Shown piece by piece: positions 42,170 to 52,216 of a stretch of DNA of 64,000 nt. Position numbers and translations under genes: made by a program. The stretch lies in assembly GCA_046290465.1 (NCBI GenBank), contig JBKAGP010000001.1, forward strand, positions 2,880,001 to 2,944,000, in the 5' to 3' direction. The notes beneath the pieces were generated by a model. That model saw only the letters and a program-made list of their open reading frames with translations. It did no database searches and had not been told where the DNA came from. Each line of letters begins with the position of its first letter. The first letter of the stretch is position 1. The stretch is from Planctomycetota bacterium (lineage in GTDB: Bacteria; Planctomycetota; UBA1135; UBA2386).

Positions 42170-43465
42170 CTACCGATGCATGCGCAGCGCCGCCGACGCG
42201 CACGCCGCGACCTTGCGGTCCTCGTGCCCGACCAGCCGTTCCAGCTGCGCGCGCGCCTCGGCCGAGAGCCGTTCGAAGCGTCCGGCGACGATCGCCAGCT
42301 CGCACAGCAGCCGCGCATCGTCGCTGTCCATGCGGGCGACGACGACCTGCTCGACGCGCGCCTGGTCGCCGGCGTCGATCTCGATCCGCGCCAGCGCGCG
42401 TGCCGCCCGCCGCTGCGCGTCGATGCCGCCGACCTCGAGCAGGAGCACGTGCGCCAGCGCCGAGATCGACATCCCGTCGGCGACGTGCGCCAGCGAACGC
42501 GCCGCCGCCAGCCGGATCATGCCGTCGTATTGCTCGACGAACCGGAACTTGCCGGAGAAGCCCTCCTGCAGCCGCCACTGCACCTCGAGGTGCTCCGGGT
42601 GCTCGTCGAGCATCGCGCGATGCAGCGCGTTGCGCACCGCCGGCGTCGCGTGCCCGCGCAGCATCTCGGCGGCGAGTTCGCGCACGTAGGGACTGCCGTC
42701 GTCGAGCAACGTCAACAGGTCGGCCTGCGACGCCTCGCGCGGCACCTCGAGCCGATGCAGCAACCGCGCAACATCGCGCGTACTGTAGGTCGGCCGCCGC
42801 CGGCCGCCGAGGCCAGGCCCGGCCGCCGCCGCCGGCCCGTTGTTGACGAACGCCTTGAACAGCACCGCGCGCCGCGCATCGTTGCGCTGCCGCTCGGTTC
42901 CGTAGGGCGCCAGCGTCGCGACCGTTCGCATCGCCGGACCGAGCAGCGGATCGTGCACCTCGCTGCCGATCACGACCATCGTGACCGCCGCCAGCGCCTC
43001 GACGCCGCGCGGCCCCATCGCGTGGAGCGCCTCGAGCACGTGCTCGCGCGGCGCCTTCTCGTCGGCGAGTGCGCCGATCATCGCCCGGACCTCGGCGGCG
43101 CCGCCGCGGGCCAGCGCGCGCACCGCCTGCCGCCGCGCCCCCTCGTCGCGCAGCGCTTCGATCCACGCCTCGGGCGAACGCCCCTGCGGGTCCTGCAGGT
43201 CCTCGGGGGCGAGGGTCGCCTCGTCGCCCCCGCCGCCGTCGCCGCGCGACCACACCGACAGCGCCGTCACCACGCCGATCGCCAGCACCGCCGCGGCCAG
43301 CAGCCAGCGCGACGCCGGCCGCTCGGGGATCGCCGCGACCGCGTCGGCCGGCTGCTCGAGCCGCGCCATCGTGCGCGCCACCAGACGGTCGTCCGGCGTC
43401 TGCCCTTCGACCTCGGCCAGCATCGTGTCGAGCAGCCGTTCTTCGAGTGGTCCTCGTCCGCTCAT
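42170..43465 (-). CDS. Putative anti-sigma factor: single TM plus HEAT-like repeats
   Basis: ATGA-coupled to the ECF sigma; TM WLLAAAVLAIGVV; LLDDGSPYVRELAA repeats. Confidence 0.7.
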   Translation of the reverse strand: MSGRGPLEERLLDTMLAEVEGQTPDDRLVARTMARLEQPADAVAAIPERPASRWLLAAAVLAIGVVTALSVWSRGDGGGGDEATLAPEDLQDPQGRSPEAWIEALRDEGARRQAVRALARGGAAEVRAMIGALADEKAPREHVLEALHAMGPRGVEALAAVTMVVIGSEVHDPLLGPAMRTVATLAPYGTERQRNDARRAVLFKAFVNNGPAAAAGPGLGGRRRPTYSTRDVARLLHRLEVPREASQADLLTLLDDGSPYVRELAAEMLRGHATPAVRNALHRAMLDEHPEHLEVQWRLQEGFSGKFRFVEQYDGMIRLAAARSLAHVADGMSISALAHVLLLEVGGIDAQRRAARALARIEIDAGDQARVEQVVVARMDSDDARLLCELAIVAGRFERLSAEARAQLERLVGHEDRKVAACASAALRMHR

Positions 43466-44040
43466 CGCACGCTCCTCCGAAGGCATTCCCGCAGGCTCTG
43501 CCGCACCCGCTGCAGCGCCGTCTTGACGCCGTTCTCGCGGATGCCGAGCGCCGCGGCGACGTCGGCACGCGACCGTTCTTCGCCGTAGAACAACCGCACC
43601 AGCGTGCGGCTGCGTTCGGCCAACTGATGCACGCACGCGCGCAGCGCCTCGACCCGCGCATCGCCACCGTCGTCACCGGCGGCCTGCGCAAAGACCTCCT
43701 CGGCAAGCCGAGCACGCTGCTCTGCAAGCCGAGCATGCCGCTCGGCCAGCCGTCCCTGCTGGCGCCGGCTGCGCAGCCACAGGTGCCGCGCCGTCTGCCG
43801 CAAGAACGCGGCGACCTCGCGCTCGTCGCGATCGCCGGTGCCCTTGCGCAACGCCACCAAGAACGCCTCCTGCGTCAGGTCGTCGGCCTCGTCCGCCGTG
43901 CATCCGAGCACCCGCAAGAACCGCCAGACGCCCCGCACGTGCCGGCGCACCAGCGCTTCTTCTGCGACCCGCGCCGGGGCGGCTCGTGGCGCGGCGCTCG
44001 CTCGGGGAGTTCGCGGCATGATCAGCGTGGAAGAACCCAT
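43462..44040 (-). CDS. ECF sigma-70 factor
   Basis: ADDLTQEAF region 2; region 4 VAAALGIRENGVKTALQRVRQSLREC. Confidence 0.9.
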   Translation of the reverse strand: MGSSTLIMPRTPRASAAPRAAPARVAEEALVRRHVRGVWRFLRVLGCTADEADDLTQEAFLVALRKGTGDRDEREVAAFLRQTARHLWLRSRRQQGRLAERHARLAEQRARLAEEVFAQAAGDDGGDARVEALRACVHQLAERSRTLVRLFYGEERSRADVAAALGIRENGVKTALQRVRQSLRECLRRSVR

Positions 44041-44084
44041 CGCGACCTGCTCGCCCGCGACGTCCGCAGGGTATTCGGCGGAGT

Positions 44085-45581
44085 CTACTTTCGGCGCGGA
44101 TTCGGCGCGTCGAGCGCGCGCTGCGCCAGATAGCGACGGTGCAGGTCGGCCAGCACGTCGGGGCGTTCGCTCGCGAGGTTGCGCTGCTCGCGCGGATCGT
44201 CGGCGAGGTGAAAGAGCTGCCAGTCGCCCGGACGCTGCGGCTCCTTCTTGCCGTAGCGCACGATCTTCCAGTCCCCGAGTCGCAGCGCGCGCCGGTTGCT
44301 GCCCGAACTCCACACCCAGTAGAGTTCGCGCTCGCCAACGCCGGCCGCCGCCCACGCGGCATCGTCGCCCATCATCAGCGGACCGATGTCGACGCCGTCG
44401 ACGCCCGCGGGCGTCGCGCCGCCGCAGATCCGCGCCAGCGTCGGCAGCCAGTCGATGCAGTGCACCGGCTCGTCGACCTCGCGCGCCGGCACCTTGCCCG
44501 GCCACACCGCAAACCCCGGCACGTGCACGCCGCCTTCGTAGGTGTCGGTCTTCTTGCCGCGCATCGGGATCGGCTGGTTGAAGTCGGTCAGCTTGAGGTC
44601 GGCGGGATAGGCGTTGCCGCCCCAGCTGCCCTGCGGCCCGTTGTCCGACGTGAACAGGATCAGGGTGTCGTCGCGCTGGCCGGTGCGCTGCAGCGCGTCG
44701 ACGACCTGCCCGATCGCGTGGTCCATGTGGTGCACCGCCGCCAGCAGCAACCGCTTCTCCGGGTCCTGCTCGCGCTGGATCAGCCCCTCGGGGTCGTGGA
44801 ACCACGGGATCTCGTTCTCGTCGAGCCAACGCTGCGGATCGTCCGGATCGAGCTGCGTCGGCCGATCGACGAAGCGACCGCGCTCGTCGAGCGGCGTGTG
44901 CACCGCGTGGAACGCGAGGTAGAGGAAGAACGGCTCGTCGCGCTTCTGCTCGATCACGCGCACCGCTTCGCGCGCGGTCAGGTCGGTCGCGTGGGTGCCG
45001 TTCTCCCAGCCGGGGATGATGCGGTCGTCGCGGTGCCAGTTTTCGGCGAAGCGGCCCTTGCGGTAGCGGTGGTCGTACATGCCGACCGCGCCGGCGAGCG
45101 AGCCGTAGCTGTGGTCGAAGCCGAACCGGGTCGGCCCGTGTTCGACCGACGTGCCGAGGTGCCACTTGCCGACCAGGTAGGTCGCGTAGCCCGCATCGCG
45201 AAACATCGAGCCGAGCGTCGGCGTGCCGATCGGAAAGGCGGGCGCGTTGTTGGCCTGCTGCGCGTGCGGCCCGAAGCGCGACGGGTAGCGGCCGGTCATC
45301 ACGGCGACGCGCGTCGGCGTGCACTGCGGCATCACGTAGTGCTGGGTGAAGCGCGTGCCAGAACGGGCGAGGGCGTCGAGGTTGGGCGAGTAGACGGCGG
45401 GGTTGTGGTAGCCGATGTCGCCCCAGCCCTGGTCGTCGGTGACGATGACGAGGACGTTGGGGCGGGTGGGGTTGATGGGCTGCGTGGGGCTGGCCGACTG
45501 GGCGAGAAGGTGCGGGAGGGTGGCGGCGAGGGCGAGCAGCGGCGGGAGCAGGGTGGGCGTGGCGATGCGGCGGCGGGGCAT
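44085..45581 (-). CDS. Arylsulfatase, secreted
   Basis: TDDQGWGD, CTPTR..MTGRY, GKWHLG, FTSDNG. Confidence 0.93.
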   Translation of the reverse strand: MPRRRIATPTLLPPLLALAATLPHLLAQSASPTQPINPTRPNVLVIVTDDQGWGDIGYHNPAVYSPNLDALARSGTRFTQHYVMPQCTPTRVAVMTGRYPSRFGPHAQQANNAPAFPIGTPTLGSMFRDAGYATYLVGKWHLGTSVEHGPTRFGFDHSYGSLAGAVGMYDHRYRKGRFAENWHRDDRIIPGWENGTHATDLTAREAVRVIEQKRDEPFFLYLAFHAVHTPLDERGRFVDRPTQLDPDDPQRWLDENEIPWFHDPEGLIQREQDPEKRLLLAAVHHMDHAIGQVVDALQRTGQRDDTLILFTSDNGPQGSWGGNAYPADLKLTDFNQPIPMRGKKTDTYEGGVHVPGFAVWPGKVPAREVDEPVHCIDWLPTLARICGGATPAGVDGVDIGPLMMGDDAAWAAAGVGERELYWVWSSGSNRRALRLGDWKIVRYGKKEPQRPGDWQLFHLADDPREQRNLASERPDVLADLHRRYLAQRALDAPNPRRK

Positions 45582-45917
45582 GGGGGCAATGTCGCAGGAA
45601 TGATCGGGGTTGCCCAGCATCGCGGCGGCTGGGACCGCCGCGGCTCCGCTCACCGGGCCAACGCGGCGGAGTTCGGGGCCGGGCAGGGCGAGCAATACGT
45701 AGAGAGGGTGGTCCCGGCGGGACGAGCGCGCGCGTGCCGTTCGCAGCATTCGCGCAAGTCCCTTGCTTACAACGCACTCCGGCGGCGCCAGAGCAACGAC
45801 CGGCGCGCCCGATGCCATCGTGACTTGACGGTCCCGGCCGGGGCACAGAAGATTTCCCATCCTCTCGTCTCGCCCGGCCGCGTAACGCGACCGAACCTCA
45901 CACACCAGGGAACCTCC

Positions 45918-46394
45918 ATGCGCATCGAACCGGTCTACCTAGTCGCCCCGAAACCCGAGCAGAAGAACGTGCCCACGCGGCGCGCGTTCTTGATCGCCGG
46001 GGGAACGTTCTTGGCCGGGCTGGGCCTCGGCGGTGCGTGCGGGTTTGCGGCGGGTTCGCGTGGGTCGGGTAAGGGTGAGGGCGCGGTGGAGGAGCGGCTG
46101 GAGCCGACTGGGAACGCGGAGCTCGATGAGCTGCGGCGGTTGGCGGTGGAGGCTCCGGTGGAGGAGTTGATGGAGAAGGCGACTGCCTTTCTCGACCTGC
46201 TTGCGCAGAAGTACGACTCGGACAAGATCGGCTGGCGAGGCGCAGACCGCATTGCCGATCAGCTGCTAAATGGGCCGGCCCGCTCAGACGGCCGCCTCCT
46301 TGCTCGCTGGCTGATGCAGGTCATCGAACGTCGCGACTCCAAAGAGGCACAAGCACGCCTCAGGCTTCTGCCTAGACTCGCCAAGGTTCGCTAG
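45918..46394 (+). CDS. Hypothetical protein with twin-arginine-like segment and TM
   Basis: TRRAFLIAGG followed by a hydrophobic stretch. Confidence 0.6.
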   Translation: MRIEPVYLVAPKPEQKNVPTRRAFLIAGGTFLAGLGLGGACGFAAGSRGSGKGEGAVEERLEPTGNAELDELRRLAVEAPVEELMEKATAFLDLLAQKYDSDKIGWRGADRIADQLLNGPARSDGRLLARWLMQVIERRDSKEAQARLRLLPRLAKVR

Positions 46395-46657
46395 TGCAGG
46401 GATCTGGCCACATCAAGGTATCCGCCACCGCCGTGCCCGGAGGCACGATTCAGGTGCAAGTCGGATCCGGTGTGTCCACAGTAGAGGTCTCGCTCGGCGG
46501 AGCCGGCGACACCAAGTCATTCAACGTGCCGGACAGCGGAAGTCTCTCCGTTCCAGTCCCGGCCGGTGCAACCGGCGGCATGGTAGTCGCCGTGTCTATC
46601 GGCAAGGGGCTCGCCAAGAAGATCATCTTGGTCGAGATCCTCTCAACTTCTCCGTGA
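46394..46657 (+). CDS. Small beta-rich hypothetical protein
   Basis: 87-aa ORF abutting the upstream gene. Confidence 0.5.
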   Translation: MQGSGHIKVSATAVPGGTIQVQVGSGVSTVEVSLGGAGDTKSFNVPDSGSLSVPVPAGATGGMVVAVSIGKGLAKKIILVEILSTSP

Positions 46658-46676
46658 CCCACCGAGTGCCCACGTC

Positions 46677-47756
46677 ATGAGATTCCTAGTGCCGTCCATC
46701 GCCTCGCTCGTAGCCGCTGGCTTAGCGGATCAAGCAGTCAGCCAGAACCACTGCGTTGTCCCGAGCGCCTTTGCGACGACGGATGCACCGCGCTTCTGCG
46801 CGCTCCCGGGAGCTGCCGACCCATTCCGCCATCAGATCCTCGTCGGCCCAAGCCATTTGTCACCCATGGTCGGGAAGGCGATCACAGCGATCGAGTTTCG
46901 CCGATCGGCTGACTCAGACATGTTCAATGGAGGTGCCATTCACCTCGACCTGCAACTATCAACGTCTCCACTTGCACCGCTGGAGACCTCCGAGCTGTTC
47001 GCCAACAACGCAGGCTCGCAGCCCGTATCGGCGTTCACTGGGCAGGTTGCAGTGCCGACATCGCCCGCAGCCGTCGGACCGAACGTGCCATGGTCCCCCG
47101 ACAACGTAGTGAAGATTCAGCTGAGCGCACCCTTCGCCTACACCGGAGGCACGCTATGCATCGATCTCACTGGCACGCCAGTAGCCGGACAGGAAGTCAA
47201 TTGGTGGATGGCTGACGCGTGCTTCGAGAGCGTGACGGGAAGCACGATTGACCTCGGCGGTGGGTGCGGCAACTTCGGAGGAGCAACATCGCAGTGGAGC
47301 ACAGTCGACAAACGGTCACTCGTACCTGGCGGCTATGCGCACTTTCGGGCCTTCGGCACTCCTTATGGGCTTAGCATTGCGGCGTTCGGCGCGAAGAGCC
47401 CCATTGGAGTTCCGCTGGCAGCACTTGGCTTCAACGCACAAGCGGGTTGCGACCTTTACTTGTCAACATTCGAGTCGCTCATGGCCGGGCTGTTCATCCC
47501 CGACCCTGCACTTCCTGCTCGCGGTGGACGAAGCGACATCACGTTCAAGCTTGTGGCAGACCCACTCCTATTGGGCGCCAGCATGACCACGCAGTGGCTC
47601 GACTGGACGCAACAGTCGACCAGCAACGCGATCGAATGGACAATCGCATCGTCCGTCCCCACGCTTGACATGGCATTGGTGGAAGGCCATCCCCAGTCGT
47701 CGGAGGGTCACGTTTCGACCTACATGGCCCACGTCCTCCGCTTCGAATACCAATAA
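46677..47756 (+). CDS. Secreted hypothetical protein, atypical (lower GC3) codon usage
   Basis: Signal peptide; 359-aa open frame. Confidence 0.7.
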   Translation: MRFLVPSIASLVAAGLADQAVSQNHCVVPSAFATTDAPRFCALPGAADPFRHQILVGPSHLSPMVGKAITAIEFRRSADSDMFNGGAIHLDLQLSTSPLAPLETSELFANNAGSQPVSAFTGQVAVPTSPAAVGPNVPWSPDNVVKIQLSAPFAYTGGTLCIDLTGTPVAGQEVNWWMADACFESVTGSTIDLGGGCGNFGGATSQWSTVDKRSLVPGGYAHFRAFGTPYGLSIAAFGAKSPIGVPLAALGFNAQAGCDLYLSTFESLMAGLFIPDPALPARGGRSDITFKLVADPLLLGASMTTQWLDWTQQSTSNAIEWTIASSVPTLDMALVEGHPQSSEGHVSTYMAHVLRFEYQ

Positions 47757-47758
47757 CC

Positions 47759-48577
47759 CTACCCCTGACACCCCGGGCACCAATACACCCGCCGCCCAGC
47801 ACTCTCCCCCTTCACCACCACCACCCCACACACCCGACACCCCTTCCCCGCGCGCGCAAACACATAATGCCGCCGCTCCCGACGCGGCACCCCCTCCGCC
47901 TCCAACCTCCGATTGTCGTCCGGATCGTTGGTCACCCCCTTCAGCCGGTACGCGCGCCGCGCGATCTCCAGGATCGCATCCGCCAGCGCCGCGACCTGCC
48001 CATCCGACAGATCCTTGGGCCGCAGCTCCGGCACCAGCCCGCTGACGAACAGGATCTCGCTGCGCAGGTAGTTGCCGAGCCCGCTGACGAACCCCTGGTC
48101 CAACAGCAGCGCCCCGAGCGAACGCCCGGCAAATCGCGCGTCGCGCAGTCGCTTGCGCACCGTCGCCGCCCGCACCTGGCCCGACAGCACGTCCGGCCCG
48201 AGCTTGCTCAAGAACGGGTGGCCTGCAAGCTCTTCGTCCGCGAGCACCTCGATCTCCGAGGCCGAGTAGAGCAGCGCCGACCGCGTCTCCGTGTGCACCG
48301 CAAAGCGCAGCTGGCGGTTGGTCTTGGGCTCGCAGCCGCGCGCGACCACATACCACCGCCCGTAGAGCTGGTTGTGCGCATAGACGTTCCACCCGCCCTC
48401 GAACCGCGTCAGCAGCGCCTTGCCGCGTGATTCGACCGCCACCACCTCACGCCCGCGCAGCATGTCCGCATGCTCGGCCAGCCGCGCAAACGCAAACCAC
48501 ACCTCCTCGGCGCGCTTGCCACGCAGAGCGCGCGCGATGCGGTCGGCCTCCTGCCGGATCTCGGGCCCTTCGGGCAT
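47759..48577 (-). CDS. nei: Endonuclease VIII (Fpg/Nei glycosylase)
   Basis: MPEGPE, HNQLYG, GLGNYLRSE H2TH, C-terminal CxxC..CxxC zinc finger. Confidence 0.92.
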   Translation of the reverse strand: MPEGPEIRQEADRIARALRGKRAEEVWFAFARLAEHADMLRGREVVAVESRGKALLTRFEGGWNVYAHNQLYGRWYVVARGCEPKTNRQLRFAVHTETRSALLYSASEIEVLADEELAGHPFLSKLGPDVLSGQVRAATVRKRLRDARFAGRSLGALLLDQGFVSGLGNYLRSEILFVSGLVPELRPKDLSDGQVAALADAILEIARRAYRLKGVTNDPDDNRRLEAEGVPRRERRHYVFARAGKGCRVCGVVVVKGESAGRRVYWCPGCQG

Positions 48578-48621
48578 GCCAACATGCTTCGCCCACAGCG
48601 GCGCGACGGACGCGCCCGAAG

Positions 48622-50295
48622 TTAGCGAACGACCACGCGCTGCGGTTCGGTCGTTACCACCACCGCATCCGAACGGCGCCCCTGGCGGAAGCTCTGGACC
48701 ACTCGGACACGCATGCCCTTCCCGCCCGGCGGCGCGAGCAGCACGCACCGGCCCTCCGCATCCGTGGTGGCGCGCGACATCGCGCGCCACGGCAGCTCGC
48801 CGATGCCGTCCGGCATGCCGGAGAGCCGTTCGCCGCGCAGCCACACGACGTCGAGCCGGTGCCGCGAGAAGTTGGCCGGCAGCGCCAGCTGCACCTGCTG
48901 TCCGGCGACCGGCAGCCCATCGTCGTCCACGATCGTCAGCGGCATCGCGACCATGCGCTGCAGGCGCACCTCGAGCGGCGCCTGGCCCTCGGCCGCGTGC
49001 ACCGACACCAACCCGCACGTCCAGCGAAGGTCCTCCGGCACCACCGCGACCCACGTCGGCCCCGCGGCGACACCGACGTCGAGCCGACCATCGCGATGGC
49101 GGCCCGCCGCGCGCAGCTGGGTGCAGAACCAGCTCGTCCCCGGCACCCAAGTACGCACCGCATACCGTTCGATCGGCGCGCCCGAATCGGCATCGACGAC
49201 CCGCAGCGGGACCGCATCCCAACGCCGCAGCGGGACGACCACGTCATGCTCGCCCCACGCGAGCTCCGCCGTGGCTCGCAGCGGCTCGCAGTCGCCGCAT
49301 CCGTAGAGCTTGACCCGCGGCATCCGCGAGACCCCGTCGAACTGCGGCAGCACAAACGTCCCGTCGGGCCCGGTGACGACATCCATGTCGAGGTCGGCCG
49401 CGCGCGGCAGCCGCATCGCCACGCCCTCGACCGGCAGCCCGTGCTGGTCGACGCAACGCCCGGCAAGGTAGGGCCGCCGCGCCACCACCAGCGTCACGCT
49501 CTGGTCGGATTCTTCGGTCAGCAGCAGCCGCGACGGCTCGGGGCGCAGCGCCGGATCGACCGGGACGACCTCGACGGTTGACGACCACAACCGCTCCGGC
49601 ACGACGAAGCGGCCGTGCTCGTCGCTCTGCACACGAATCCGTTCTCCGTAGCGCTCCTCCCACCACACGCGGCAGAACGGTGCTGCCGTCATCGGCTGGT
49701 CCGGATACGGCTCGGGCGGCGGCTTCCAGCCGGGCGTCGGACCGGTGGGCCCCTTGCCAGCACGCATCCGGCGACGAACCACCAGATCGAACGCCATCTT
49801 CTGCGGCCTGCCGTCGCCATCCCTCACGACCCCGCGCAGCGCGACGCCGCGCATGCACGAGAAGGCACACCAATAGGTCGCGCCGGCGCGCAGCGAGCCG
49901 GCCCAATAACGATCCCGCGCGCAGTCGGGATGCTCGAAGCGCAGCTCGACCTCGACGCCGGGGCGGGCCAGCACGTCGAGTTCGAACACGCCGTCCTCGC
50001 CGGCCAGGACCGACGGCCGCCGCCGCAGGTCGGCGTCGTCGCCCGGCTCGACCGCGCCGGAGTAGATGGCCGTGACCTTGCAGCCGGCGAGCGGCTGGCG
50101 CGGCCGCTTCGAGCAGCAGAAGCCGACGATACGGGCGTGTCGCGGGCTGGCTGGCTTCGCGGTCGACGGATCCTGGACCGTTGTGCGCGCCGCACACAGG
50201 TCGGTTGGTGGCGATGCCGCAACCGCAGCCAAGAGCAGCAACATCGGCCAGCAACGCCACCACGGCCAACGGCCACGCAAATCCAAGCGCATCAT
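48622..50295 (-). CDS. Secreted carboxypeptidase-regulatory-like repeat protein
   Basis: Hydrophobic N-terminus; G..VD..G.PV.G and TD.EGR repeats. Confidence 0.65.
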   Translation of the reverse strand: MMRLDLRGRWPWWRCWPMLLLLAAVAASPPTDLCAARTTVQDPSTAKPASPRHARIVGFCCSKRPRQPLAGCKVTAIYSGAVEPGDDADLRRRPSVLAGEDGVFELDVLARPGVEVELRFEHPDCARDRYWAGSLRAGATYWCAFSCMRGVALRGVVRDGDGRPQKMAFDLVVRRRMRAGKGPTGPTPGWKPPPEPYPDQPMTAAPFCRVWWEERYGERIRVQSDEHGRFVVPERLWSSTVEVVPVDPALRPEPSRLLLTEESDQSVTLVVARRPYLAGRCVDQHGLPVEGVAMRLPRAADLDMDVVTGPDGTFVLPQFDGVSRMPRVKLYGCGDCEPLRATAELAWGEHDVVVPLRRWDAVPLRVVDADSGAPIERYAVRTWVPGTSWFCTQLRAAGRHRDGRLDVGVAAGPTWVAVVPEDLRWTCGLVSVHAAEGQAPLEVRLQRMVAMPLTIVDDDGLPVAGQQVQLALPANFSRHRLDVVWLRGERLSGMPDGIGELPWRAMSRATTDAEGRCVLLAPPGGKGMRVRVVQSFRQGRRSDAVVVTTEPQRVVVR

Positions 50296-50442
50296 CGAAA
50301 CGTTCCTTCTGGATCGGCGGCGACCGAGGCTCCACCTGTAGCGCACCGGCGCCGCATCGACCACCCCCGCCGCTGCATCCACGTGCGCGGTGCCCGCGAA
50401 CCCGCGGACCGCTCCGCCGATCCGGCGACGAACACCCCCGCC

Positions 50443-52206
50443 ATGCGCACGACCCTGCAGACAGCCTTCCTCCTCGCCGTGACCAGCCTCCCGGCCGCCG
50501 CCGCGGCGCAGTCCTTCCGCCTCGACTTCCAGGACGGCGTCGGCTCGTGGAGCACCGTGCTCGACGGCGTGATGGGCGGACGTTCGACCGGTCGCGTCAC
50601 GCAGCCCGAGGCCGGCGTCCTGCGCTTCACCGGGCGACTGTCGCTCGAGAACAACGGCGGCTTCTCGCAGATGCGCACTGCGGTCGCTCGCGGTGCGCTG
50701 GCCGGCGCCGAGGGCATCGAGCTCGACGTGCGCGGCGACGGGCGCAGCTACAAGTTTGACATCCGGCAGAGCACGGTGCGCATGATGGCCGGCGCCTACC
50801 AGCAGGAGTTCGCCACCAAGGACGGCGAGTGGACGCGGGTGCGCCTGCCGCTGACCGGCTTCACGCTCTACAGCTTTGGCCGCAAGGTCCGCCGCGCGCC
50901 GCCGCTCGACGCCAGCAAGATCGAGTCGCTCGGCATCACGCTCGCCGACAAGAAGGCCGGCAGCTTTGCGCTCGAGGTGCGTTCGATCGCCGCCTACGGC
51001 GCCGACGCCAGCCCCGGTGATGGCGGCGACGCTGCCGGCAGTGGCGGTGACGACCTCGCGTCGGTCGCCAGGAGCGCCGGCCTCGACACGCTGCTGCGAC
51101 TGGTCGAAGCCGCCGGCCTCCCCCTGCCGCAGACGCCGGTCACGATCCTGGCGCCGACTGACGAGGCGTTTGCCGCGATCCCGCGCGAGTCGTTGCGCAA
51201 CCTGCTGCGGCCGGAGTCGCGCGAGACGCTGCGCCTGATCCTGAGCCACCACATCCTGCCGGCGCCGCAGGCGGCCGGCGACCTGCTGCAACGCCGCACG
51301 CTGACCAGCCTCGCCGGCCAACCGCTCGCCGTCGACGACGTCGTGCGCACCGTCGGCGGCGCCGGACTGGTCGCCACCGACGTGCGCTTCGACGGCGGCC
51401 TGGTGCACGTCGTCGACACCGTGCTGATGCCGGAGACGCGTTCGATCGCCGAGGTCGCCGCCGCGACGCCGGAACTCGCGACGCTCGTCACCGCCGTCAC
51501 CACCGCCGGCCTCGCCGAACAGCTCGGCCCGGACAACGGACCGTGGACGGTGTTTGCGCCGGTCGACAGCGCGTTTGCCAGGTTGCCGAACGGCACGCTC
51601 GCAACGCTGCTCGAGCAGGGAAACCGGCGCCAGCTCACCGAGATCCTCGGCCTGCACGTCGTGCCCGGCCGCATCGCCGCGCGCGACCTGCTGGCCAAGA
51701 AGCAGCTGACGACGCTGATGGGCGCGCCGATCGAATTGCGCCTGGTCGATCGCAAGCTGCAGGTCGGCGATGCCACGATCGTCACGACCGACGTGCAGGC
51801 CGCCAACGGCGTCGTGCACCTGATCGACCGCGTGCTCACCGAGCCGGCCGGCGGTGGCGAGCGCGGCAAGGACGTTCGCCAGCTGCAGCCGCGCGAGCCC
51901 CGCGCCGTCGACGTGTCGACCGAAGCGATGCGCGTCTACGAAGCCGCGATCCGCCGCGGCGCGGGCCTGTGGAACGACGGCAACCGCGACGGCTGCGCCG
52001 CCGTCTACGAGGTCGCGATCCTGTCCATGATCGCGCTCGGCCGCGACCGCCTGCCGGCTGCCGTGGTCGAGGTGCTGGTCGAGGCGAGCCAACGCGGCGG
52101 CCGACAGGATGCGGTCCAGGCCGCCTGGACCTATCGCAACGCGCTCGACGAGGTCTACCGCCGCTTGCGTAGCGGCGCGGAGCCGCAGCGCCGCGACCAG
52201 CGGTGA
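50443..52206 (+). CDS. CIA30 plus two fasciclin (FAS1) domain secreted protein
   Basis: W.TVLDGVMGGRS, NNGGF; TILAPTDEAF and TVFAPVDSAF; NGVVHLIDRVL. Confidence 0.9.
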   Translation: MRTTLQTAFLLAVTSLPAAAAAQSFRLDFQDGVGSWSTVLDGVMGGRSTGRVTQPEAGVLRFTGRLSLENNGGFSQMRTAVARGALAGAEGIELDVRGDGRSYKFDIRQSTVRMMAGAYQQEFATKDGEWTRVRLPLTGFTLYSFGRKVRRAPPLDASKIESLGITLADKKAGSFALEVRSIAAYGADASPGDGGDAAGSGGDDLASVARSAGLDTLLRLVEAAGLPLPQTPVTILAPTDEAFAAIPRESLRNLLRPESRETLRLILSHHILPAPQAAGDLLQRRTLTSLAGQPLAVDDVVRTVGGAGLVATDVRFDGGLVHVVDTVLMPETRSIAEVAAATPELATLVTAVTTAGLAEQLGPDNGPWTVFAPVDSAFARLPNGTLATLLEQGNRRQLTEILGLHVVPGRIAARDLLAKKQLTTLMGAPIELRLVDRKLQVGDATIVTTDVQAANGVVHLIDRVLTEPAGGGERGKDVRQLQPREPRAVDVSTEAMRVYEAAIRRGAGLWNDGNRDGCAAVYEVAILSMIALGRDRLPAAVVEVLVEASQRGGRQDAVQAAWTYRNALDEVYRRLRSGAEPQRRDQR

Positions 52207-52216
52207 GCCGCCGCCG

